A stretch of DNA of 27,479 bases, from NCBI GenBank assembly GCA_046075565.1, contig JBJTQJ010000078.1, positions 1-27,479 on the forward strand, written 5' to 3'. Source of the DNA: Verrucomicrobiales bacterium (GTDB lineage: Bacteria; Verrucomicrobiota; Verrucomicrobiia; Verrucomicrobiales; SLCJ01). This document shows positions 8,942 to 16,921 of the stretch, piece after piece (position 1 is the first letter of the stretch; each line of letters opens with the position of its first letter). The notes under the pieces are model-generated. The model ran no database searches. It worked only from the letters and a program-made list of their open reading frames with translations, and was not told the origin of the DNA. A program made the translations under genes and the position numbers.

Positions 8942-10090
8942 ATGAAAAAGTCACTTCTCCTTGCCACCGCCATTCTGGGCGTGCTCGCCTCGGGCGCCTT
9001 CGCGCAGCCGATCAAGGTATTCATTCTCGCAGGGCAGTCGAATATGGAGGGACATGCCGGCATACAGACACTCGACCAGTTGGGTAAACACCCTACCCAC
9101 AGCCACCTATTGAAGAAAATCAAGAAGCCCGACGGCTCTTTTATCGTTCGTGATGATGTTTTTGTTTCTTACAAGAAGGAGGGGGAGCATATCAAACGGC
9201 CTCTGTCGGTGGGCATGGGGGCTTGGGGACCGGAATGGTTCGGACCAGAACTGATGTTCGGTATCGAGATGGGTGATTATTTCAAGGAACCTGTGCTCTT
9301 GATCAAGACCTGCTGGGGTGGCCATAGCCTATATGGAAACTTCCGCCCGCCCAGTGCGGGAAAGTCGGCTTACGAGACCGGCCTGAGTCCGGAGGAAACC
9401 GGAGCATCCTATCACAAGATGGTGGCGGAAGTGCGCGAGTGCCTCGCGAATCTCGACACCGATTTTCCCCAGCTCAAGGGACTCAAACCGGAGTTATGCG
9501 GTTTTGTCTGGTTTCAAGGATGGAATGACATGTGCGCGGACGAGACGATTCGAAAGCAGGTATACGACGAATATGCGCCGAACTTCGTCCATCTGGTGAA
9601 GGATCTCCGGGCCGAATTCAAAATGCCGAATCTACCGGTGGTCGTGGGTGAGCTCGGTGTCGGAGGCAAGAAGGCGGACCAGAATATGATGGATTTTCGG
9701 GAAGCGCAGGCGAAAATCGCCCGAAGCCCGGACCTGAAAGGGACCATCGGCTACGTGCGCACCGCTCCATTCTGGTACCGCGAATTGGATGAATTGCCGG
9801 CAAAGATGGAAGCAGAAGAGGCGCGTTTAAGGGCAAAGGTCGGGGAGAAGATTACGAGGCAGATGAAAAACAAACCCGGCAGCAATGACGCCGAGGCCAT
9901 GGAAGAACTCATCAAGGCTGCCGCCGACAAGGAGCTAGCGAACGACAAGGCCTATCAGAAGGCGAAAAAGGAATCGGATATGCACGTGTGCAACTGGTAT
10001 TGCCACTATCAGGGGAGTGCGACCGTCTACTGTTTGGTCGGTCACGGTCTCGCCGAAGCAATGAAACCGCTCCTTGGTCCAAAACGCTAG
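8942..10090 (+). CDS. Secreted SASA-family (SGNH) carbohydrate O-acetylesterase, paralog of the upstream gene
   Basis: Start MKKSLLLATAILG..AFA-QP at ATG 8942. Motifs KVFILAGQSNMEG, FGPELMFG, LIKTCWGGHSL, FVWFQGWND and CHYQG. Confidence 0.88.
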   Translation: MKKSLLLATAILGVLASGAFAQPIKVFILAGQSNMEGHAGIQTLDQLGKHPTHSHLLKKIKKPDGSFIVRDDVFVSYKKEGEHIKRPLSVGMGAWGPEWFGPELMFGIEMGDYFKEPVLLIKTCWGGHSLYGNFRPPSAGKSAYETGLSPEETGASYHKMVAEVRECLANLDTDFPQLKGLKPELCGFVWFQGWNDMCADETIRKQVYDEYAPNFVHLVKDLRAEFKMPNLPVVVGELGVGGKKADQNMMDFREAQAKIARSPDLKGTIGYVRTAPFWYRELDELPAKMEAEEARLRAKVGEKITRQMKNKPGSNDAEAMEELIKAAADKELANDKAYQKAKKESDMHVCNWYCHYQGSATVYCLVGHGLAEAMKPLLGPKR

Positions 10091-10128
10091 GTTTTCTCAA
10101 AGTTTAGAAAGGCATGAAAGATAAGGGC

Positions 10129-10157
10129 TTGTATTGCCGATAAATTGTCCATAACCT
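10129..10157 (+). promoter_or_regulatory. Candidate sigma70-type promoter for the gene at 10177
   Basis: TTGTAT (10129-10134), a 17-nt spacer and TAACCT (10152-10157), in an AT-rich intergenic gap 19 nt before the ATG. Confidence 0.5.
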
Positions 10158-10176
10158 GATTCAACCACCAAAGCTC

Positions 10177-12528
10177 ATGAAGTCACCAACACAATTGCTT
10201 CGCCGGAGTCTTCTGCTGGCCGCAGTTTCATGTTTCATTCTTGGCGATGCTTCCGCCCGGACTTGGACAAGCGCCGATGGCACCAAGACGTTTGAAGGTG
10301 ACCTGAAGACCTATGATCCAGCCACTGGAACAGTTGCCGTCATATCAAATGGCAAGAGCATGGTTTTCACTCAGGACAAGCTTTCGAGCAAAGACCTCGA
10401 TTTCCTCAAGGATATCCAATTTCTGATGGAAAATGGCACCAAGATGGAGGCGCCGGCAACCTCCACCGCCTCTGCGGCATCGGAGGTAAACGTCAAGGCT
10501 CTTCCCGATGTGTGGCCACCGACGGGCGGAAACCGTTACAGTGGGGAAAAGCTTGAGCGTCGCTTCGAATCCGATTTTAAAGACCTCAAAGAGGAAATCT
10601 CCCGCTCGCTGCCCAAGGTGGGTGGCAGCTTGATGACGGGTCTCGAGAGCGCCGCGAAGGCGAAGGCAGAAGCAACCGCCAAGGCCGAGGCAGCGGCGAA
10701 GGATCTCGGTCAGATCGCCTCCGCCAAGGGGTTGATTGATCACGCCAAGGGCAAATGGATTGGCGGAGCCAACAAGGCTATCGCCACGGCCGAGCAGCAA
10801 CTGAAAAGCGCCAAAACCGACGACGAGCGGAGGGCCGCTGAAAAGAGCCTCGCTGATGCCCGGAAAAACCTCGCCGACGGTGAGGCCGCCCTCAAGGAGC
10901 GCACGGAGCTTTATGAAAAGGCCCGGGCCAACGAAGCTGCCTACAAACGCGCCCACGAACAGGCCCAGTCCGAGTTGGCGCAAGCCGAATCTCGCGAAGC
11001 CGAGGCGGCCAAAAACCTGCTCGGATCCCTGGATTCATTTCTCTCCAGCGAATCCTTCGATGGGAAACTGGCCAAGGCTTATGTGCTCGCATCCGCCACC
11101 CCCGGAGGCCTCGCCGAATTCGCCGAGCAAAGCTCCGAACGGGCCGCCTTTGTCCAGCAACTGCTGGCCGACGAAGCCCTGATGAAAGAGATGGTCGCCG
11201 CGGGAGGTGCCCGCTTCGGGAAATTCGGTGAGGCAATGGAGATTTTTTCCGTGATTCAGAAAGTAAGCCCGAGGGCGAAAGAGGGGGTCTTCCGCCGGCT
11301 CGCTTTGGCCACTAGTCTTGAACACGCAAGGCCGATTGCCCAGAACAACTCTCCCAACGTCAAAGATCAGTCCGCCAACGTTCATCCCGTGAAACGTTAT
11401 CTGAGTTTCGAGAAAGCTTTTCTGGGCGGTGAATTGGATCCCGCTTTCAAGAGCCTGAACGCTTGGGAAATGCGTTTTGTCGTGAATAGTGAAGACCCGG
11501 ACGAAATCCTCGCTTGGGGACGCGAGATGCTCCGCACGTATCGTCCGGACCACATTTACACCGGGGACTACGGTTGGCGTTATGTTGCGAGCGTAAGAAC
11601 CGAGGTGCCCTATGGGTCACAAAACGTCAATCTCGATGATCCATCGAATCACCAGATGCAGAACATCATCCGCAATGGCGGTGTCTGCGGACGCCGCGCC
11701 TTTTTCGGTCGGTTCATGCTGCGATCTTTCGGGATTCCCACCTGGGGCGTTACCCAGCATGCCCACGCCGCTCTCAGCCATTGGACCCCCAAAGGCTGGG
11801 TGGTCAACTTGGGCGCTGGATTCCCACATAGTTGGTGGGACAAGGACGACGTGAGTCTGAGTGGCACCCAGTTTCTCCTCGAAACCCAGGCCCGCGCTCA
11901 CCTCAAGGACCACATGAGAGTCCTGCGTGCGGAAATGGTCGGCCGCATCCTGGGTGAGCCAGCTTACAACGAGCGGCGCAATGTGGAGGGTGGTTTCTGG
12001 AGCCGCATTGCCCTTTACCAATCCCGCGCCCTTGCTGCCACCACTGCCACTCTAGGAGCGCTGGGGGAGGAACTCGCCGAGGCCAACGAAAAAGAACAAG
12101 AAATCCAGTCCGAGGCTGCCGCCAAAGCGGATCGTGAAGTGCAGGAGAAAGACGGTGGTGTCATCATCCCGGCTGTCGCCCATGAGACCGCCACTGGCAA
12201 ATCGGCCTCCATGCGCTCATTCACGGGAGGAATGCAGATTCACGCCTTCGGTGGCTTCAAGACGGAGTATCGGATCAAGGCGCCCTCTTCGGGAAATTAC
12301 CTGCTCACTGCCAAGGTCGCCACTGCTCAGACCGGTCAAACCTTCCAGTTCACCATGAATGACGGACCGATGGTTCAGCAACCAGCTCCTTATACGATCG
12401 GTCTCTGGCAAAACACGGAGGCAATCCCGGTCACGCTCAAGACTGGTTCCAATACTCTCCAATTCGCAATCACCGAAGGCAGCCGAGGAGCCACCATTAA
12501 GGAATTCGTTCTCACCCCGGCGAGGTGA
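10177..12528 (+). CDS. Secreted multidomain protein: SHD1-like domain, Ala/Lys/Glu coiled coil, transglutaminase-like Cys/His core, C-terminal CBM6/35-like domain
   Basis: Signal peptide ending ASA-RT. SHD1-like RTWTSADG..FEG..LSSKDLDFL. Long helical segment. Core GGVCGRRAFFG...RSFGIP....QHAHAAL....GW. C-terminal EYRIKAPSSGNYLLTAKVAT..W....PVTLKTGSNTLQF. Confidence 0.7.
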   Translation: MKSPTQLLRRSLLLAAVSCFILGDASARTWTSADGTKTFEGDLKTYDPATGTVAVISNGKSMVFTQDKLSSKDLDFLKDIQFLMENGTKMEAPATSTASAASEVNVKALPDVWPPTGGNRYSGEKLERRFESDFKDLKEEISRSLPKVGGSLMTGLESAAKAKAEATAKAEAAAKDLGQIASAKGLIDHAKGKWIGGANKAIATAEQQLKSAKTDDERRAAEKSLADARKNLADGEAALKERTELYEKARANEAAYKRAHEQAQSELAQAESREAEAAKNLLGSLDSFLSSESFDGKLAKAYVLASATPGGLAEFAEQSSERAAFVQQLLADEALMKEMVAAGGARFGKFGEAMEIFSVIQKVSPRAKEGVFRRLALATSLEHARPIAQNNSPNVKDQSANVHPVKRYLSFEKAFLGGELDPAFKSLNAWEMRFVVNSEDPDEILAWGREMLRTYRPDHIYTGDYGWRYVASVRTEVPYGSQNVNLDDPSNHQMQNIIRNGGVCGRRAFFGRFMLRSFGIPTWGVTQHAHAALSHWTPKGWVVNLGAGFPHSWWDKDDVSLSGTQFLLETQARAHLKDHMRVLRAEMVGRILGEPAYNERRNVEGGFWSRIALYQSRALAATTATLGALGEELAEANEKEQEIQSEAAAKADREVQEKDGGVIIPAVAHETATGKSASMRSFTGGMQIHAFGGFKTEYRIKAPSSGNYLLTAKVATAQTGQTFQFTMNDGPMVQQPAPYTIGLWQNTEAIPVTLKTGSNTLQFAITEGSRGATIKEFVLTPAR

Positions 12529-12539
12529 GGAAACACTCC

Positions 12540-12559
12540 GCAACACGGTTGCGTGTTGC
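12540..12559. terminator. Hairpin between convergent genes, possible terminator
   Basis: GCAACACG-gttg-CGTGTTGC is a perfect 8-bp stem in the 61-nt gap between two convergent stops. It has no strong U-tract. Confidence 0.4.
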
Positions 12560-12589
12560 TTCGGTATGGTAGCCAGACCCTTGCGCGGT

Positions 12590-13873
12590 TCAGGCCAGGG
12601 ACAGGGCTTGGTCCAGGTCCTCGAGGATGTCGTCGATGTGTTCGAGACCGATGGACAAACGCACGAGGTCGGGGGTGATGCCACCTGCCTTCTGTTGTTC
12701 TTCGTTGAGCTGGGAGTGTGTGGTGCTGGCGCTGTGGATGGCGAGCGAGCGGGCATCACCGACGTTGGCCAGATGGCTGAAGAGCTTGAGATTGTCGATG
12801 AACTTGCGTCCGGCTTCCATACCGCCCTTGATACCGAAGACGACCATTGAGCCGCCCATGCCGCGCAGGTATTTCTTGTTCAGTTCCTGCATCGGGTCGC
12901 CATCGAGGCCGGGGAAACGAACCCAGCTCACTTTCGAATGACCTTGGAGGTGTTTGGCCACGGCCAAGGAGTTGGCGCAATGGCGCTCCATACGGAGAGG
13001 CAGGGTTTCGATGCCTTGCAGGAACATCCATGAGTTATCGGGCGCGATGCAGGCCCCGAGGTTGCGCAGGGGAACGGTTCTCATGCGCAGGATGTAGGCG
13101 AGGGGAAGCAGGGGAGCGGGCAGGTCATGGCCCCAGCGCAACCCATGGTAGCTGTTGTCCGGCTGATCAAAGAGCGGGTGTTTGCCACCGGCCCAGTTGA
13201 ATTTCCCACTGTCCACGACCACGCCGCCAATGCCGCCGCCATGGCCGCCGAACCATTTCGTGAGGGAATGCACGACGATGTCCGCGCCGTGTTCGATAGG
13301 GCGGGTGAGGTAAGGAGTGGAGAAAGTCGAATCCACCACGAGCGGTATGCCATGAGCGTGGGCGATGTCGGCGATTTTTTCCAGATCGGCGATTTCGAGC
13401 GCGGGGTTGGAAACGGTCTCGCAGAAGAGCGCGCGCGTATTACCGTCGATGGCCTTCGCGAAGTTTTCCGGGTCGTTCGAATCAACAAACTTCACCTGGA
13501 TGCCGAGGGCGGGCAGGATGTCGTTGAATTGCGTGTAGCTGCCGCCGTAGAGGTTGCGGGCCGAGACGATATTGTCACCGGCTTTGGCGAGGTTGATGAG
13601 GGCGTAGAAGACCGCGCTAGTGCCGGAGGCCACGCCGAGACCGCCCATTTCGTGAGCGCCTTCAAGCAGGGCGACGCGCTTTTCAAGCACGTCGGTGGTC
13701 GGGTTCATCAACCGGGTGTAAATGTTCCCGAGTTCGCGCAGGGCGAAGAGATTGGCCGCGTGTTCCGTATCGCGGAAGACGAACGAGCTGGTCCGGTAAA
13801 CCGGGACGGCGCGGGCGAGGGTGGTGGGTTCGGGGGTATAGCCTCCGTGCAGGCAGAGCGTTTCCAGTTTCAT
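12590..13873 (-). CDS. metY: O-acetylhomoserine aminocarboxypropyltransferase / sulfhydrylase (PLP-dependent)
   Basis: 427 aa. Motifs ETLCLHGG, GNIYTRLMNPTTDVLEKR, PLP lysine HSLTKW, LFSHLANVGDARSLAIH.ASTTHSQL and LVRLSIGLEHIDDI. Confidence 0.93.
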   Translation of the reverse strand: MKLETLCLHGGYTPEPTTLARAVPVYRTSSFVFRDTEHAANLFALRELGNIYTRLMNPTTDVLEKRVALLEGAHEMGGLGVASGTSAVFYALINLAKAGDNIVSARNLYGGSYTQFNDILPALGIQVKFVDSNDPENFAKAIDGNTRALFCETVSNPALEIADLEKIADIAHAHGIPLVVDSTFSTPYLTRPIEHGADIVVHSLTKWFGGHGGGIGGVVVDSGKFNWAGGKHPLFDQPDNSYHGLRWGHDLPAPLLPLAYILRMRTVPLRNLGACIAPDNSWMFLQGIETLPLRMERHCANSLAVAKHLQGHSKVSWVRFPGLDGDPMQELNKKYLRGMGGSMVVFGIKGGMEAGRKFIDNLKLFSHLANVGDARSLAIHSASTTHSQLNEEQQKAGGITPDLVRLSIGLEHIDDILEDLDQALSLA

Positions 13874-13912
13874 GGCAGTTGGGGATTTGGGGATGGGGGT
13901 GCTAACAAAAAA

Positions 13913-15379
13913 TCACTCGGCGGACAATTCAAGCTCGGGCGATGCCGGGGGCAGAATCCGGTTGGCAATTGGCCGGGCATAGACGCCGAAGAAAACAATA
14001 CCGGCGGTCAGGATGGCGACCATGATGGCGGTCAGACGCGGGAAGGCAATCGGACGATGGTCCTTCGGCTCGTGCCAATACATGTGTTTGATCACCTTGA
14101 AGTAATAGTAGAAACCGGCGGTGGCACCGAGCAGACCGAGGCCGAGCACCATCCATTGGCGCGATTCGTAGGCGTCGAAGAACATGCGGAACTTTCCGAG
14201 GAAACCGGCGGTCAAGGGAACCCCAGCCAGCGAGGCCATGGCGACGACGAGGGCGAAGGCCGCGAAGGGGGAACGTTTGCCGAGGCCGTCGAAGTCGGTC
14301 AGTTCGTCGCCGCCGGTTTCGGTGCGCACGAGCGAGAGCACGGCAAACGCGACAAGCGTCATGAGCAGATAAGCGAAGAGGTAGAAGCCAACTCCGCGGA
14401 AATCCTGGGCCATGATCCCCATGAGAATGAATCCGGCGTGCCCGATGGAGGAATAGGCGAGCAGGCGTTTGAAGTTGCGCTGTCCGATGGCACCGAGGTT
14501 GCCGATGAGCAGGGTGGCGGAAGTCACCACCACGAGCAACGGCAGGAGTTTGCGGGCCAGCATCTCGTTGTCGAGGAAGGGCTGGAGAAACCGCATCAGC
14601 ACGAGAATGCCGGCGGCTTTGGAGCCCACCGAAAGATAGGCGGAAACCGGAGTGGGCGCGCCCTGATATACATCGGGGATCCAGACATGGAATGGCACCG
14701 CGCCGATTTTAAAAGCCAGCGCCGCCAGCACGAGCAACAAGCCGAAGAGCAGGGCGGGCTCATTGTTGGTTTGACCGGCCACCAGACCCGCGAGTTGGGT
14801 CAAGCTTGTCGTGCCGGTCGCCCCGTAGATCCACGCGATACCATAAACAACCAGTCCGGTCGAAAGCGCCCCGAGGATCAGGTATTTCACTCCCGCTTCC
14901 ACGGAGCCGACATTCCGGCGCAGGCTGGCCACCAGCACGTAGAACGAAATGGTCACCAGTTCCAGGGCGACAAAAAGGAAAATCAAATCGGTCGCCGAGG
15001 CCATCCACATGAGTCCGGCGCAAGTGAAGACGGGCAAGGAGTAGAACTCGGCCAGTCCTCCGCGTTCATCTTCGTTGCCATTGATGCCTTTCGCCAAAAC
15101 GGGTTGGTAACCGGCTGAGATCACCAGCATGCCAATGGTCGTCAGGAGAGCGAGGCCTTTGAAAAAGAGGGCGAGGCTATCGGCCGTGTAGTAGGGTGCC
15201 ACCGATTTTTCCGGAAGCAGTGAACCGTCCGTGAAGGGAAGCAAGGCAAAGACCACGAGCAGACCGGCGGCCCCGCCCCATGCCAGCACGCGTTTGTCGC
15301 GCGGCATGGCGAAGGCCTCGACCAAAAGCAGGACGAGACCGATGCCGACGGTGATGAATTCGAGGTAGTGGGTGGACAT
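13913..15379 (-). CDS. nuoN: NADH-quinone oxidoreductase subunit N
   Basis: Hydrophobic protein with FVALEL, EAGVKYLILG, FKIGAVPFHVWIPDVYQGAPTP and KRLLAYSSIGHAG; last nuo gene. Confidence 0.96.
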   Translation of the reverse strand: MSTHYLEFITVGIGLVLLLVEAFAMPRDKRVLAWGGAAGLLVVFALLPFTDGSLLPEKSVAPYYTADSLALFFKGLALLTTIGMLVISAGYQPVLAKGINGNEDERGGLAEFYSLPVFTCAGLMWMASATDLIFLFVALELVTISFYVLVASLRRNVGSVEAGVKYLILGALSTGLVVYGIAWIYGATGTTSLTQLAGLVAGQTNNEPALLFGLLLVLAALAFKIGAVPFHVWIPDVYQGAPTPVSAYLSVGSKAAGILVLMRFLQPFLDNEMLARKLLPLLVVVTSATLLIGNLGAIGQRNFKRLLAYSSIGHAGFILMGIMAQDFRGVGFYLFAYLLMTLVAFAVLSLVRTETGGDELTDFDGLGKRSPFAAFALVVAMASLAGVPLTAGFLGKFRMFFDAYESRQWMVLGLGLLGATAGFYYYFKVIKHMYWHEPKDHRPIAFPRLTAIMVAILTAGIVFFGVYARPIANRILPPASPELELSAE

Positions 15380-15397
15380 GGGAAAGTCGTGCCGTTC

Positions 15398-16909
15398 TCA
15401 GAAAGCGAGATACTGCAGGATGAGGTTGGGGAAGAATCCGACGATCACGAGGGTCACCGATAGCATGACCAGCGGGAGTTTTTCCTCCAGGGTCAGCGGA
15501 GCGAGCCGCGGCGCATCTTCGGGGCCGGCCATGAAGACCTTGCGGTAGGCGCGCAGCATATAGACGGCGGAAATGACCACGCCCCAGACAGCCGCGATGG
15601 TCGTCCATTGCAGGGGTTGCAGACCTTGACCGGGATCGAAACCCTTGAAGCCGCCGAGGAAAATCAACAGCTCGCCGGGGAAGTTGGCGAGGCCGGGCAA
15701 ACCGATGCTCGCCATGGCGGCGAGTCCGAAAAGGAAGCCCAGGGTCGGGATGGATCGGCCAAGTCCTCCAAGGGCGGAGAATTCCAGCGTGCCGGTTCGG
15801 TTTTCGACCCGGTCGGCGAGGGCGAATAACAAAGCGATGCCAATCCCATGCGCGAACATGAGCAGAATCGCTCCGGCTCCAGCCTGCGGGTTGGCCGCGA
15901 AGGCGGTGGTCGTTTCGTTGCCTGCGATGGAAAGAGTGGCCACGCCGAGAAAAATATATCCCATGTGCATGACCGATGACGTGCCCAGCATGGTGTCGAG
16001 GCGTTTCTGCGCGATGGTCACGAATCCCATGTAAAGGATATTGAGGATGAGCAAGACGAGCAGGAGCCAGACCCATTCGCGCATTCCATGCGGGAGCATC
16101 GGGATGGCGAGGCGCAGCAATCCGTAGAGACCGAATTTTTTCAGCACACCCGCATGTAACATCGCCACCGGCGTCGGAGCAGCCGCGTAAGCTGGAGCGG
16201 CCCAACTGTGCAAGGGCACAAGTGAAACAAGCGTGCCGAACCCGATGAGCAAGAGCAGGGCAATTGGGCCCTGGATATTCTGGGGAATCGGATCGCTGGC
16301 GGACCGCTCGAGCATGTCGGCCATGGCGAAACTTTCCCCACCGGTATAGTGGAAAAGCGCGATCAGGCCGACCAGCAGGACCATGCTGCCGGCGCCGAGG
16401 TAGATGGTGATGCGCCAAGCGGCCCGGCGTGCGTGCCCGCCGCGACCGGCGAGGCCGATGAGCAGGAAGGTCGGGATGAGCGCGAGTTCGTGGAAAGCGT
16501 AAAAGAAAAGCATGTCCGTGCTCACGAACGCGCCAATGGCCCCGGCGCCGATAAGCAAAGAGCCCGCGTAGTGCAAACGGGCGTGGGCACCTTTTTCATC
16601 GACCATCCAGAGCGCGGCCAAGAGCACGATGCTGGAAAGGAGGACCATGATCATGCTCATGCCATCGAGTCCGACTGCGAGCGCAAGCTGCGGTTCGTCC
16701 AACACGGGGATGGAATGGGTGAACTGGAAGACACCCTGGGCGGCCACCATCGGGTCAAAGTAACGGCAGAGCAGGGCGACGAGGAAAACCGTGATGGTGG
16801 AAGTGCCGAGTGCGATCGGGCGTGCGGGCGCGCCGAGGCCAATGGCTCCGGCCGCCAGAATGGGCAGCAGGAAAAGCGCGTAGAGGATGATGGGCAGGAT
16901 GGATTCCAT
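15398..16909 (-). CDS. nuoM: NADH-quinone oxidoreductase subunit M
   Basis: Motifs GLDGMS, FFYAFHELALIP, PLHSW, AGVLKKFGLYG, SSVMHMG and GLPGLANFPGE; gene order. Confidence 0.95.
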   Translation of the reverse strand: MESILPIILYALFLLPILAAGAIGLGAPARPIALGTSTITVFLVALLCRYFDPMVAAQGVFQFTHSIPVLDEPQLALAVGLDGMSMIMVLLSSIVLLAALWMVDEKGAHARLHYAGSLLIGAGAIGAFVSTDMLFFYAFHELALIPTFLLIGLAGRGGHARRAAWRITIYLGAGSMVLLVGLIALFHYTGGESFAMADMLERSASDPIPQNIQGPIALLLLIGFGTLVSLVPLHSWAAPAYAAAPTPVAMLHAGVLKKFGLYGLLRLAIPMLPHGMREWVWLLLVLLILNILYMGFVTIAQKRLDTMLGTSSVMHMGYIFLGVATLSIAGNETTTAFAANPQAGAGAILLMFAHGIGIALLFALADRVENRTGTLEFSALGGLGRSIPTLGFLFGLAAMASIGLPGLANFPGELLIFLGGFKGFDPGQGLQPLQWTTIAAVWGVVISAVYMLRAYRKVFMAGPEDAPRLAPLTLEEKLPLVMLSVTLVIVGFFPNLILQYLAF

Positions 16910-16921
16910 GAAGCGGAAGTA

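Noticed and set aside
7687-9123. 478-aa - strand ORF
   Set aside because: Antisense to two well-supported esterase genes, with no protein-like features.
1079-10090. Calling the cluster a sialic-acid utilisation locus
   Set aside because: The SASA family acts on diverse O-acetylated sugars, and no sialidase, nanA/E/K or transporter is present in the window.
10640-11015. Repetitive GCC/AAG/GAG-rich DNA
   Set aside because: Explained by an Ala/Lys/Glu coiled-coil coding sequence; not a DNA repeat element.
13127-15118. 663-aa + strand ORF spanning metY/nuoN
   Set aside because: Antisense shadow of conserved GC-rich genes, with no recognisable motifs. The same applies to 16349-17884, 21721-23301, 23924-24730 and 25050-25703.
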